Shown: positions 51,504-61,405, counted from the stretch's first letter. The stretch: 64,000 nucleotides of DNA from an uncultured Gemmatimonadaceae bacterium (GCA_963761305.1 CAVXGK010000002.1:1728001-1792000), one strand, 5' to 3'. Numbers and translations are program-made. The notes: generated by a model from the sequence alone, not told the origin.

Positions 51504-52308
51504 GACGATCGCGCGCGACCTCGATGGCGAGGTCGCGGGGCGCCGCATCGAACGGGTCGTCGTGCGCCGCGCCGACGTGCTGCGCGAGACATCAGCCGCA
51601 CAATTCGCGCGCCGCGTCTCGGGCGCCACGATCGAGCGATGCTGGCGCCGCGCCAAGCTCGTGGTGATGTCGCTGTCGACGGACGAGCAGATCGTCGTGC
51701 AACCTCGCTTCACCGGAGCGGTACTGATCGACGACGGGAGTTTGGCCGCCGCCGAGCGCCGGTACTCCACGATCAAGGTCGTGCTCGACGACGGGCGCGC
51801 CCTTCACTACCGCGACGTTCGGCGGCTGGGAACGGTGACCGTGATGTCGGCGGCGCGTTTCGCCGCGTACACGTCGTCGCTCGGCGTGGAACCACTTGAC
51901 CGTGCGTTCACCGCCAAGCATCTATCGGCCCTCCTCAAAGACCGCCGCCAATCGATCAAGAAGACGTTGATGGATCAGCGCGTCGTCGCCGGCATCGGGA
52001 ACATCTACGCCAATGAATCCCTGTGGCGCGCGGGAATCGACCCGTCGCGCGCGGCGGGGTCGATCGTGACCAGCGAAGCCGACGCGCTGCGGCGCGAGAT
52101 CGTCGGCGTGCTGCGCGAATCGATCGCCGCGCGCGGAACGAGCTTTCGCGACTACCGTGATGCCCGCGGCGCGCGCGGCGGCTTCGTCGAGCACCTCGCG
52201 GTGTACGGCCGCGCCGGTGAGCCATGCACGAGGTGTGGCGCGCGCTTGATCGAGACGCACGCCATCGACGGACGCACGACGGTGCTATGCGCGCACTGCC
52301 AAAAGTGA
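51481..52308 (+). CDS. mutM: Formamidopyrimidine-DNA glycosylase
   Basis: MPELPE, LMDQ..AGIGNIYANE, CxxC..CxxC zinc finger. Confidence 0.95.
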   Translation: MPELPETETIARDLDGEVAGRRIERVVVRRADVLRETSAAQFARRVSGATIERCWRRAKLVVMSLSTDEQIVVQPRFTGAVLIDDGSLAAAERRYSTIKVVLDDGRALHYRDVRRLGTVTVMSAARFAAYTSSLGVEPLDRAFTAKHLSALLKDRRQSIKKTLMDQRVVAGIGNIYANESLWRAGIDPSRAAGSIVTSEADALRREIVGVLRESIAARGTSFRDYRDARGARGGFVEHLAVYGRAGEPCTRCGARLIETHAIDGRTTVLCAHCQK

Positions 52309-53414
52309 AGCTGCTGCGACCGCCGACGTCCGACGCGCAGCTCCGCGTGATGCGCACGCTCGTCCGCGAGCAAGCGCTGGACCGGCCGGCCGTCTATCAG
52401 ATGATCGCCGCCGACGGCGAGATCGTGTACGTCGGCAAGTCGAAGCAGCTGCGGTCGCGGTTGCTCAGCTACTTTCGCGCCGACTTTCCGGAGGACAAGG
52501 GCGCGCGCATCCTGCGCGAAGCCGAGCGGATCGAGTGGGAATACGTGCCAAGCGAATTCGGCGCGCTGCTGAGCGAGCTGCGTCTCATCAAGCGATTCCG
52601 GCCTCGATTCAACGTCGCGATGAAACGCGACGGCCGAAACTACTGTTTCATCAAGATCACGAAGGCGCCGGCGCCCAAGCTCGTGGTCGTGCGCGGGCCG
52701 GGGAGCGACGACTCGGCGCTCTACTACGGACCGTTCATGGGCGCGATGGGCGTGAGCGAGGCGCTGCGCGAGTTGAACGACGTGTTGGGGCTGCGCGATT
52801 GCGCCGCCGACCAGCGGATGCACTTCGCCGATCAGCCCGAGCTGTTCGACTCGTTCCCGCGCACGCCCGGCTGCATTCGGTTCGAGGTCAAGAAGTGCAT
52901 CGGCCCGTGCGTCGGCGGATGCACGGTACACCAGTACGACGAGCGGCTGTTCCTGGCGCGCGCGTTTCTCGACGGCGTCGACGACGGGCCGATCGAGCGG
53001 TTGCACGGTGAGATGAACGACGCCAGCGCGCGCCTCGAATACGAGCGCGCGGCGTCGCTGCGCGACAAGATGCGGCGCCTGGAAGCCCTCCGCGGACAGT
53101 TTGCACGGCTGCGATTTGCCGTGGAGAACCTGTCGTTCGTCTATACGGTGCCGGGGTACGAGGGCGCCGACCGCGTCTACTTGATTCGACGCGGCCTCGT
53201 GCGCGCCGAGACCGCGGTGCCGACAACCACCGACGAGGCGGCGGCGCTCATGCACCTCATCGACGGCGTCTTCACGCCGGCGGAACGTGCCACGTCGCAG
53301 ATACCGACGCATGAGATCGACGAGCTGCTGCTGTTGTCGTCCTGGTTCCGGCGCTTCCCGGAAGAGCTGCACCGAACGAGTGCGTCGCCCGCCGGGGTCT
53401 CGGCGGCCTCGTAG
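52305..53414 (+). CDS. UvrC N-terminal-like (GIY-YIG plus UVR) endonuclease, Cho-like
   Basis: PAVYQM, YVGKSKQLRSRLLSYF, ELRLIKRFRPRFN, YYGPF, Cys cluster, LEYERAASLRD; no UvrC C-terminal half. Confidence 0.82.
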   Translation: MKLLRPPTSDAQLRVMRTLVREQALDRPAVYQMIAADGEIVYVGKSKQLRSRLLSYFRADFPEDKGARILREAERIEWEYVPSEFGALLSELRLIKRFRPRFNVAMKRDGRNYCFIKITKAPAPKLVVVRGPGSDDSALYYGPFMGAMGVSEALRELNDVLGLRDCAADQRMHFADQPELFDSFPRTPGCIRFEVKKCIGPCVGGCTVHQYDERLFLARAFLDGVDDGPIERLHGEMNDASARLEYERAASLRDKMRRLEALRGQFARLRFAVENLSFVYTVPGYEGADRVYLIRRGLVRAETAVPTTTDEAAALMHLIDGVFTPAERATSQIPTHEIDELLLLSSWFRRFPEELHRTSASPAGVSAAS

Positions 53415-53538
53415 ACGCCCTGCGGGTTCACGGCTGGGCCGCGACGCCGGAGCGACGACGACTGGCGCGCGTTCTGCACAGGGACACAGGCGCGCAGTTC
53501 GTGCGCGTACGTCACCTGCAACCCGCAGAATCGACCGA

Positions 53539-53760
53539 ATGGCGACGACGTCTTGGCAGCCGACCACGCTGGTCAAATGCGTAAGTCTGCGTCCGTGGCT
53601 CGTGTACCCCGGTTGCGACGAGCCCGGTGGTTGCCACGATCTCACGCTCGGCAAGATCTACGAGACGCTGGGGATCGAGGGCAGCGGGTCGTTTTATAGA
53701 ATCATTGACGACTCGGGCGAGGACTATCTCTACCCGGTGTCGCACTTCGCGCCGCTCTGA
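53539..53760 (+). CDS. Small hypothetical protein (73 aa)
   Basis: ATG 53539; DLTLGKIYE..YRIIDDSGEDYLYP..F motif looks like a conserved small-protein family. Confidence 0.65.
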   Translation: MATTSWQPTTLVKCVSLRPWLVYPGCDEPGGCHDLTLGKIYETLGIEGSGSFYRIIDDSGEDYLYPVSHFAPL

Positions 53761-53767
53761 CGTCGCG

Positions 53768-54274
53768 TCAAAGAGCGAGGTCGAGCGGTTCGACGCCGAT
53801 CTCGCCGCCGGCAATTGTGAGCTTGGCCACACTCGGCATCAGATCGAATCGCCGAGGACCGGCCGCGCCGGGATTCACCACCCAGCGGTCGGCGACGCGC
53901 GTCACCAATTGCTTGTGTGTGTGCCCGTACACGATCACGTCGGCGAAATAGCGCGCGAGAAGCCGCTGCGGATTCGGGCTGCCGACTTCGTGTCCGTGGC
54001 TCACGTGCACGTTCACGCCACCGACGATCAACTCGATCGAGCCGGGAAGCGCCGGATCGTCCACCGGGTCGGTGTTGCCCCGTACCGCCCGCACGGGCGC
54101 GATCAACTCGAGCTCTCGGAGCACGTCATCGCCGCCGACGTCGCCCGCGTGCAGGATCAACTCGACGCCGGCAAGTGCCGTGTGAACGTCGGGCCGCACC
54201 AGGCCATGCGTGTCAGAGATCAATCCGATGACGTGCCGCCCCTGCCCCTTCGCTCGGCCGCGCGCCGTTTTCAT
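53768..54274 (-). CDS. YfcE/MJ0936-type metallophosphoesterase
   Basis: ISDTHG, HAGD, VRGNTD, HGH, GHTH, NPG. Confidence 0.9.
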   Translation of the reverse strand: MKTARGRAKGQGRHVIGLISDTHGLVRPDVHTALAGVELILHAGDVGGDDVLRELELIAPVRAVRGNTDPVDDPALPGSIELIVGGVNVHVSHGHEVGSPNPQRLLARYFADVIVYGHTHKQLVTRVADRWVVNPGAAGPRRFDLMPSVAKLTIAGGEIGVEPLDLAL

Positions 54275-54876
54275 CGACGATCGGCGCGGTCACTCCAACG
54301 GGGCACGAGTGAATGGGACACACCGAGATGGTCGAGCACGCGCGCGACGACGAAGTTCACCAGATCGTCGATCGATTTCGGCTTGTGATAGAAGCCCGGC
54401 GCCGCCGGCATGACGATCGCGCCGGCGCGGGTCACGCGCAGCATGTTCTCGAGATGAATGGCGCTGAGGGGCGTTTCGCGCGGAACGAGGATGAGCTTGC
54501 GGCGCTCCTTGAGCGCCACGTCCGCCGCGCGCTCGACCAGCGAGCGCGATGAGCCGGCCGCGATCGCCGAGAGCGTTCCCATCGAGCAGGGACAGATCAC
54601 CATGCCGGCGTTGATCGCCGAGCCCGACGCCGGCGCCGCGCCGCGGTCCGCGTCGTCGAACACGGTGACGTGCGCGTCCCAGGCGCGCTTGCCGGCGCGT
54701 TCGCGCAGCGCGTCGATCGAGCCGATGTCCGTCTCCGTTTCGAGAAGACGAAGGCCGTGCGCAGACACGATCAGCTGCACCGGCTCCTTCGCTTCCACGA
54801 GCGCGGACAAGAGGCGCACCGCGTACGGAGCGCCGGATGCTCCCGTGATCGCCACCACGACCGGCGGCTTGGTCAT
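54271..54876 (-). CDS. ubiX: Flavin prenyltransferase UbiX
   Basis: ATG 54876; AITGASG, ASGS, PCSMGTL, LKERR, PRETP, PGFY. Confidence 0.95.
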   Translation of the reverse strand: MTKPPVVVAITGASGAPYAVRLLSALVEAKEPVQLIVSAHGLRLLETETDIGSIDALRERAGKRAWDAHVTVFDDADRGAAPASGSAINAGMVICPCSMGTLSAIAAGSSRSLVERAADVALKERRKLILVPRETPLSAIHLENMLRVTRAGAIVMPAAPGFYHKPKSIDDLVNFVVARVLDHLGVSHSLVPRWSDRADRR

Positions 54877-55841
54877 CGGCCGGCGTGAAGCGCGATCGAC
54901 AACGGGCTGGCGCTGGTGAGCCGCTCGATCAGCACGCACGCGAAGAACACGATGCTGATCACGCCGTTCATGGTGAAGAACGCCGCGTCGAGCCGCGAGA
55001 AGTCGTTGGGTTTGACGAGCGAGTGCTCGTACACGAGAAGCCCAGCGGCCACCGCGACGCCGAGCGCGTAGAACGATCCGCCCGCCCCGTTTCCGAACGT
55101 CCCCGCGCCGACGGCGGTCAGACACGCGACGGTCGCCAGGTGCAGTCCTCGAGCGATGTACAGCGCCCGCTGTCCGCCGAGCGCCGCGGGGAGCGAATGA
55201 AGCCGCTCTGCGCGATCGAAGTCGATGTCCTGGAGGGCGTACAACACGTCGAACCCGCCGCCCCATGTCGCGACGGCGAGCGCCAGCGCGACGAGCATCC
55301 ACCACGGATTGCTCCAATGCCCGGTCACCGCGAGGTACCCACCGACCGGAGCGATCGACATCCCGATGCCGAGCACGAGGTGACACCATCGCGTGAACCG
55401 CTTGGTGTAGCTGTAGAAAAGCACCCAGCCGAGCGCCAACGGCGAGAGCAGTCCGCAGAGCGAGTTCAGTTGCCACGCCGCGAACACGAAGACGACCGAC
55501 GCGACCACCACCGCCACCACCGCTTCGGCGACGCGCAGCACGCCGCTCGGCAGCTCGCGCCGGCGCGTGCGCGGATTGCGCGCGTCGATATCGCGGTCGA
55601 CGATGCGGTTGAACCCCATCGCGGCGAAGCGCGCGCAGGTGAACGCGAGCACGATCCATCCGAGCGCGCGCCAGTTGACCGGCGCGCGATACGACGCGAG
55701 CACGACGCCGACGAGCGCGAACGGCAGCGCGAACAGCGTGTGCGGCAGCTTGACGAAGTTCACGTAGGCGAGCCACCGCGAGCCGCGGTGCTCGAACGTC
55801 TGCCCTTCGCGCGCGTGATTCGCGCCCGGGGCCGCGGTCAT
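54873..55841 (-). CDS. UbiA-like polyprenyltransferase (MqnP type)
   Basis: HTLFALPFA, NRIVDRDIDARNPRT, YSYTKRFT, FDVLYALQD. Confidence 0.9.
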   Translation of the reverse strand: MTAAPGANHAREGQTFEHRGSRWLAYVNFVKLPHTLFALPFALVGVVLASYRAPVNWRALGWIVLAFTCARFAAMGFNRIVDRDIDARNPRTRRRELPSGVLRVAEAVVAVVVASVVFVFAAWQLNSLCGLLSPLALGWVLFYSYTKRFTRWCHLVLGIGMSIAPVGGYLAVTGHWSNPWWMLVALALAVATWGGGFDVLYALQDIDFDRAERLHSLPAALGGQRALYIARGLHLATVACLTAVGAGTFGNGAGGSFYALGVAVAAGLLVYEHSLVKPNDFSRLDAAFFTMNGVISIVFFACVLIERLTSASPLSIALHAGR

Positions 55842-57334
55842 CGTCCGGCTCGCGGTTCGAGGCCCAGCGACGGCCACAGCTCGTCCACGCGACGTTTGGT
55901 GGCGTCGTCCATCAGGATGAGGCCGGGCCATTCGCGATTGAATCCTTCCTCGGGCAACTTCTTCGTCGCGTCGATGCCGAGCTTGGATCCGAACGTGAAC
56001 GTGCGGCTCGAGTGATCGAGCACGTCGACCGGCCCCATCGTGAAACGCGCGTCGCGCTGCGGGTCGATATTGTTGAGCGCGACCCACCATGCTTCCTGCG
56101 GGTCCCGCACGTTCACCCAATCGTCGACGATCACGAGCACCTTGGCGAGCGACATCAAGCCTTGCCCCCACAGCGCGTTCATCACCTTGTACGCCTGGCC
56201 GGGATATTCCTTCTTGATCGATACAAAGACGAGGTTGTGAAAGATCCCTTCGGCCGGCATGTGATAGTCGCGGATTTCCGGGATCGTGAGCTTGAGCAGC
56301 GGCAGGAAGATCCGCTCGGTCGCGTGGCCGAGGTAGAAATCCTCCATCGGCGGCCGGCCGACGATCGTCGCCGGAAAGATCGGCGACTTGCGCATCGTGA
56401 TCGCGGTGACGTGCACCTGCGGATAGAGATCGGCGAGCGAATAGAAGCCCGTGTGGTCGCCGAACGGGCCTTCGGTCACGAGTGATTCGGCGGGGTCGAT
56501 GTACCCCTCGATCACGAAATCGGCTTCAGCCGGCACCTCGAGGTCGCACGTGACGGCCTTGGTGAGCGACACCGGTTCTTTTCGCAGGAATCCGGCGAAA
56601 AGAAACTCGTCGACGGTCGGCGGAAGCGGCGCGCTCGCCGAGTACATCGACCCCGGATCGGCGCCAAGCGCGATGCAGACCGGCATCCTCTCGCCACGCT
56701 CGGCCATTTCCCGCCAATGCGCCGCGCCGACCTTGTGGCGCTGCCAGTGCATGGCGAGGGTCGTCTTTCCCGTCTGCATGATGCGATACATGCCGACGTT
56801 CCGAATGCCGCGCTTCGGATCGCGCGTGATGACCATCGGGAACGTGATGTACGCGCCGCCGTCCTCGGGCCAGCACTTCATGAGCGGCAGCTTGTCGAGG
56901 TCGACGTCGCCGTCGCGCCAGACTATCTCTTGCGACGCGGCGTTGCCGCGTCGCATTCGGGGCGGGAACTTTCCCATCTCGAGGAGCCGCGGCAGCAGCG
57001 CGAGCTTGGCGATGATCCCTTCGGGGACTTTCATCGCCAGCAATTCCTCGATGCGCGCGCCGATTTGGTCCAGCGACTCGACGCCGAGCGACATGCTCAT
57101 GCGGCGCATCGAGCCGAACAGGTTGACGGCGACGGGAAACGCCGAGCGTTGCCCGTTCATGAGCACCGGCTGCTCGAAGAGGAGCGCCTTGCCGCCGGCC
57201 GGTTGCTTCATGACGCGGTCGGCGATCTCACAGAGCTCGAGATTGAGTGAGACCGGTTGTCGCACGCGGACGAGCTCACCGGCCTGCTCGAGCTTTTCGA
57301 CGAAGTCGGAGAGTGTGTCGATGGTCGCGCTCAA
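55838..57334 (-). CDS. ubiD: UbiD family decarboxylase (menaquinone futalosine pathway, MqnL type)
   Basis: RNVGMYR, MHWQRHK, EGPFGDHTGFY, GRPPMED; TTG start. Confidence 0.92.
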   Translation of the reverse strand: MSATIDTLSDFVEKLEQAGELVRVRQPVSLNLELCEIADRVMKQPAGGKALLFEQPVLMNGQRSAFPVAVNLFGSMRRMSMSLGVESLDQIGARIEELLAMKVPEGIIAKLALLPRLLEMGKFPPRMRRGNAASQEIVWRDGDVDLDKLPLMKCWPEDGGAYITFPMVITRDPKRGIRNVGMYRIMQTGKTTLAMHWQRHKVGAAHWREMAERGERMPVCIALGADPGSMYSASAPLPPTVDEFLFAGFLRKEPVSLTKAVTCDLEVPAEADFVIEGYIDPAESLVTEGPFGDHTGFYSLADLYPQVHVTAITMRKSPIFPATIVGRPPMEDFYLGHATERIFLPLLKLTIPEIRDYHMPAEGIFHNLVFVSIKKEYPGQAYKVMNALWGQGLMSLAKVLVIVDDWVNVRDPQEAWWVALNNIDPQRDARFTMGPVDVLDHSSRTFTFGSKLGIDATKKLPEEGFNREWPGLILMDDATKRRVDELWPSLGLEPRAGR

Positions 57335-57337
57335 GCG

Positions 57338-58087
57338 CTACGCCTTTCGTCCGGAGTGAATCGCCGCGATGCCGAGGCTGAGCGAGCGCCACCCCACGTC
57401 GGAGAATCGCGCGCGCCGCATGCGGTCGGCGAGCTCGGACTCCGGCGGAAAGTTGGCGACCGATTTCGGCAAGTAGGCGTAGGCGCTGCGGTGCCCGCTG
57501 ACGAGTGCGCCGACGCGCGGCAGGACCTGGTGGAAGTACAGGTGATAGAGCGAGCGAACGACGGCGAGTCGCGGCGTCGTGAACTCGAGAATGACGAACC
57601 GGGCGCCGGGCTTCAGCACGCGATTCACCTCGCGCAGCGACGCGTCGAGATCGACGACGTTCCGAATCCCGAACGCGACGATCGCCCCGGAGGCTTCTTC
57701 GTCGCGCATCGGAAGATCGAGCGCGTCGGCGACGACCGGCCAGACGACGGCTGAGGGCGCCTTTCCCGCTCCGGCGCGGAGCATCGGCTCGGCGAAGTCG
57801 GCGCCCACGATTCGGCCTTCGAACCCGCGCGTTTTCGACAGCTCCGCGGCGACGTCGAGGGTTCCGGCGCAAAGGTCGAGATAGGTGCCTCGGGGATCGC
57901 GCGTCCATTCGAGGGCGGCGATCGCCTTTCGCCGCCAACCACGGTCGACGTTCAGGCTGAGGAGATGGTTGAGGCGGTCATAGCTCGGCGCTATCTGGCC
58001 GAAGGTGCGGCGGACGTAGTCTCGCTTGACCTCACCGCCGGCGGCGGCCGCTCGCGCTTCCTCCGTCTCCAGCTCGCTCACCGTCAT
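57338..58087 (-). CDS. ubiE: UbiE/MenG quinone C-methyltransferase
   Basis: IAPSYDRLNHLLS, LDLCAGT, FGIRNV, RVLKPG, AYAYLPKS. Confidence 0.92.
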   Translation of the reverse strand: MTVSELETEEARAAAAGGEVKRDYVRRTFGQIAPSYDRLNHLLSLNVDRGWRRKAIAALEWTRDPRGTYLDLCAGTLDVAAELSKTRGFEGRIVGADFAEPMLRAGAGKAPSAVVWPVVADALDLPMRDEEASGAIVAFGIRNVVDLDASLREVNRVLKPGARFVILEFTTPRLAVVRSLYHLYFHQVLPRVGALVSGHRSAYAYLPKSVANFPPESELADRMRRARFSDVGWRSLSLGIAAIHSGRKA

Positions 58088-58211
58088 GCGGCGAAAGTTG
58101 GGTGTCACCGGAAGACTGGGCAAGCCGAACCGGCTGGTACCACGAAACCGGCGAGCATAGCTTTGGTCAACCGGCGGCCCCGCTTCGTGATGGGCTCGCG
58201 CCACGAGGCCG

Positions 58212-58820
58212 ATGCCACCAGCCCTCGACCTACAAAATCTCCCCGATGCAGACGTCGTCGCGCTGGCCCAGAACGGGCGCGACGGGGCGTTTCGCGAGCT
58301 GATCCGTCGGTACGAGCGGCCGGTTTTCTCGCTCATCTACCGCATGGTGCGCGATCGGGAGCTCTCCGAGGATCTGGCTCAGGACACGTTCATCAAGGTC
58401 CTGAACCACCTCGACCGGTATCGGCCCGAATTCAAGCTGTCGAGCTGGTTGTTCAAAATCGCCAACAACGTCGCGATCGATCATCTGCGACGGCGGCAGT
58501 TGGAGACCGTCAGCATCGACGGATCGCCCCACGCGATGACAATGGACGCGGTCGAGGCGACGTCGTTCGACGTCGTAGGGCAGCAGGAGTCCGCGCTCGA
58601 CGAACTCGAGGCGCGCGAGCTGGGCACGTCGATCGAAAGCGCGATCGCCCAGCTCAGGCCCGAATACCGCTCCTGTATCATGCTGCGACATGTCGAAGGG
58701 CGGTCATACGAGGAAATCGCGACCACCCTCGATCTACCGCTCGGGACGGTGAAGACGTACATCCACCGCGCCCGGCACGAGCTTCGTAAGTCGCTCGAAC
58801 ACCTGCGGGAAAGCGGGTGA
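58212..58820 (+). CDS. ECF RNA polymerase sigma factor (SigW/RpoE-like)
   Basis: EDLAQDTFIK, SSWLFKIANN, SYEEIA..LPLGTVKTYIHRAR. Confidence 0.93.
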   Translation: MPPALDLQNLPDADVVALAQNGRDGAFRELIRRYERPVFSLIYRMVRDRELSEDLAQDTFIKVLNHLDRYRPEFKLSSWLFKIANNVAIDHLRRRQLETVSIDGSPHAMTMDAVEATSFDVVGQQESALDELEARELGTSIESAIAQLRPEYRSCIMLRHVEGRSYEEIATTLDLPLGTVKTYIHRARHELRKSLEHLRESG

Positions 58821-58870
58821 TGAGGGTCACCGGGCCCGGCCGCCCGGGAACCGCGAAACTGCCAGTCCAG

Positions 58871-58897
58871 TGAAACCGACGCTCTCAACCCTCCGTA
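58871..58897 (+). promoter_or_regulatory. Candidate ECF (SigW-type) promoter upstream of the anti-sigma gene
   Basis: TGAAAC-N17-CGTA, followed by a GGAG RBS and ATG 58917. Confidence 0.55.
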
Positions 58898-58916
58898 CTG
58901 AAGCTCCGGAGACTCC

Positions 58917-59507
58917 ATGAACCACCGGCACCTTCTTCCTGACGAGATCGACCTCCTCCTCGACGACGAGGTGGGCTTTGGCGTGACCCCCCTCAGGGCG
59001 CACATCCGCGAGTGTGCGCAATGCCGCGGGCTCGTCGACGAAGCACGCATCGCCGTGGACGCTCTGGAGGCCGTACCGCACTTCGCGCCCTCCCACCTGT
59101 TCGCCGATCGCGTCATGGCGCAGGTGCCGGTTTTCGTGCCGTGGCACGTCGCCGCGCGCGACGCCGCCGAGCGCTGGCTGCCGCAAGCGCGCCAGACCCG
59201 GTTCATTGTCGCCGGGTTGGCAACGTCGGTCGCCTCGCTCGTCACGATCGGAATCCTCTGGGTGATGACGCAGACGGACGCGCTGGTCCTCGCGACCGGC
59301 GCGGCGGGCGACCAACTGCGCAGCGTCGCGATGGACGCGGGGCGCACGGCGCTCGCGGGCATCTTTGGCGAGCAGGCATCGCGATTCGTCCAGAGTATGG
59401 GGACGGCGGGTATCGCCGCGGCGGTCGTCGTGCTGGTCCTGGCGACAGCCGGCTCGCTCGCCGGATTTCGGGCCCTAGCGCTCGCATCGAGCCGACGTCG
59501 GGCGTAG
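58917..59507 (+). CDS. Zinc-binding membrane anti-sigma factor (ZAS type)
   Basis: H..HIRECAQC (HxxxCxxC); two hydrophobic TM segments; follows the ECF sigma gene. Confidence 0.8.
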   Translation: MNHRHLLPDEIDLLLDDEVGFGVTPLRAHIRECAQCRGLVDEARIAVDALEAVPHFAPSHLFADRVMAQVPVFVPWHVAARDAAERWLPQARQTRFIVAGLATSVASLVTIGILWVMTQTDALVLATGAAGDQLRSVAMDAGRTALAGIFGEQASRFVQSMGTAGIAAAVVVLVLATAGSLAGFRALALASSRRRA

Positions 59508-59509
59508 CG

Positions 59510-60622
59510 ATGCGCCCCCTGGTTGCGATCGCCGCTCTGGCGCTTGGCAGCATGCAGGCGTCGGCGCAGGCCGGTCAGACGAAGACCGATACGACCTCCA
59601 GCGCCAAGGCAGTCACGCCGGCGGACTCCATTCGCCTCGCGCGAGAGATCGAGCAACGCCGCGCGCAGGGTGACTCGCAGCTGCCCGACGCCAGCAGCTT
59701 CACGTTCGGCAATCGAACGATCGCGGCAAACGCAAACGTCCACGGCACGATCGCCGTTGCCAACGGAAATCTCGACGTCTACGGCACCATCGACGGCGAC
59801 GCCGTTGCATTGGGCGGCGACGTCCGCGTCCACAACGGCGGGCACGTAACGGGCGACGCGTTTTCTGCGGGCGGCTCAGTCGTGATCGACGGTGGCGTCG
59901 TCGAGGGCGAGCGGCGCGCGATCACGATGCCGCACTACACCGGAAAGACACCTCTCGTGCACCGCGAGCCGCTCACGGTCTGGCAGGCGCTCAAGCTCGC
60001 CGTGGGATGGTTCGCCGTGCTGTCGATCATCGGCATCGGCGTCATGCTGTTCGCCGACGCGAACCTCGATGGCGTCGTGACCGAATTGGAGCGCGGGGTC
60101 GCGCGCTCGTTCTGGATCGGCGTGGCCGGGCAACTGCTCGCGCTCCCCGGCCTGCTGATCGTGATCGTCGGACTCGCCATCACAGTGCTCGGACTTCTGC
60201 TCGTTCCGTTCGCGATCGTCGCTTACATCGTGGCGGCCGCGGGGCTCCTGACGCTTGGATTCCTGTCAGCCGCCCGCGTGCTCGGCGGCGGACTCGCGTC
60301 CGACGACGGCACGGCTTCTCCGCGCGGCGTGCATCTCCGCGCGTTGTTCGTCGGCCTCATCGCGTACCTCGCGCTGTGGGCGGCGGCCGCGCTCTTCTCG
60401 CACACGCCGGGAATCGGGTCGGTTCTCCGGATCGTCGCGGTGCTGCTCACGTGGGTCGCCGCGACCGCGGGACTCGGCGCCACGATCTCGTCGCGAGCGG
60501 GAACGCATCGAAGCATGTCGCCGGCATCCAAGTTCGCCGGCGACGAGCTCGCCTGGCAGACTCCGACTCCGGTCACGGGCGTCGCGGCATCGTCGCGACG
60601 CCAGGTTTCGTCCGCGCCCTGA
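59510..60622 (+). CDS. Membrane protein with a bactofilin/polymer-forming-like beta-helix and a multi-TM C-terminus
   Basis: Signal peptide; repeats VHGTIAVANGNLDVYGTIDGDAVALGGDV..VTGDAFSAGG; several TM helices. Confidence 0.75.
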   Translation: MRPLVAIAALALGSMQASAQAGQTKTDTTSSAKAVTPADSIRLAREIEQRRAQGDSQLPDASSFTFGNRTIAANANVHGTIAVANGNLDVYGTIDGDAVALGGDVRVHNGGHVTGDAFSAGGSVVIDGGVVEGERRAITMPHYTGKTPLVHREPLTVWQALKLAVGWFAVLSIIGIGVMLFADANLDGVVTELERGVARSFWIGVAGQLLALPGLLIVIVGLAITVLGLLLVPFAIVAYIVAAAGLLTLGFLSAARVLGGGLASDDGTASPRGVHLRALFVGLIAYLALWAAAALFSHTPGIGSVLRIVAVLLTWVAATAGLGATISSRAGTHRSMSPASKFAGDELAWQTPTPVTGVAASSRRQVSSAP

Positions 60623-60634
60623 ACGGCGACTCCG

Positions 60635-61384
60635 TCAAGACGTCGGACGAAGCGTGACCTTGTCGCCGAGAGAGAGCTCGAGCGCTCTCGCGGCGTTGTC
60701 GTCTCTGATGGCAATCTCGATCGCGCCTCCCGACCCGACGAGCGCGAGCGCTTCGCCGATCTCGACGTCGGCATACGTGCGACGAATCGCGATGGCGCGC
60801 GTGCCGAGCAGCACCATTCCCTGTTCGGCGCGGAGATTGGTGATCGCGTTGCCGAAGCGGTCGATCGCGACGACTTCGCCCTCGATCATCCCGTCGGGGC
60901 GGCGCACCGGATCCGCCGTGCGACGCACGATGGGCGACGCCGCGGGCTTCCCGAGCGTCGCGATGGCGTCACCGCGAGCGAGTAACGCCGCGGCCGGCGC
61001 GAACACGTCGCGGCCGTGGAAGGTGGCGGATGCGTCGGCGCGAACGGGTAGCTCAACAGCGCGCGCGTCCGATTCGATCAGCGCCGGCGAGAGCACGCCG
61101 TTGTCGGGACCGACGAGGAATCGCTCGCGGCTTTCCACCGCGAGCGCCGCTCGCGTCGAGCCGACGCCGGGGTCGATCACCACGAGGTGAACAGTACCCG
61201 GCGGAAATCGTCGCCACATTCGTTCGACGGTGATGCGAGCGAAATCCACGTCCTGCGGCGGAATCTCGTGCGTGACGTCGACGATCATCGCGTCGGGCGC
61301 CAGCGTGAGCACGACGCCCTTCATCTCACCGACGTAGCCGTCGGCCGTTCCGAAATCCGTCGTGAGCGTGACGATTCGGCCCAT
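60635..61384 (-). CDS. DUF62 / SAM-dependent halogenase family (probable SAM hydroxide adenosyltransferase)
   Basis: LTTDFG, DVTH, VIDPGVG, GPDNG, TFHGRDVF, IDRFGN. Confidence 0.9.
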   Translation of the reverse strand: MGRIVTLTTDFGTADGYVGEMKGVVLTLAPDAMIVDVTHEIPPQDVDFARITVERMWRRFPPGTVHLVVIDPGVGSTRAALAVESRERFLVGPDNGVLSPALIESDARAVELPVRADASATFHGRDVFAPAAALLARGDAIATLGKPAASPIVRRTADPVRRPDGMIEGEVVAIDRFGNAITNLRAEQGMVLLGTRAIAIRRTYADVEIGEALALVGSGGAIEIAIRDDNAARALELSLGDKVTLRPTS

Positions 61385-61405
61385 CGGCGAAATCCTCTGT
61401 CGCGA

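Noticed and set aside
54271..58087. ubiE-ubiD-ubiA-ubiX block as a novel pathway
   Set aside because: Matches the known late steps of futalosine-type menaquinone synthesis.
60635..61384. Halogenase of a natural-product cluster
   Set aside because: The DUF62 motifs (including TFHGRD) and housekeeping neighbours fit the widespread SAM hydrolase type; no biosynthetic genes nearby.
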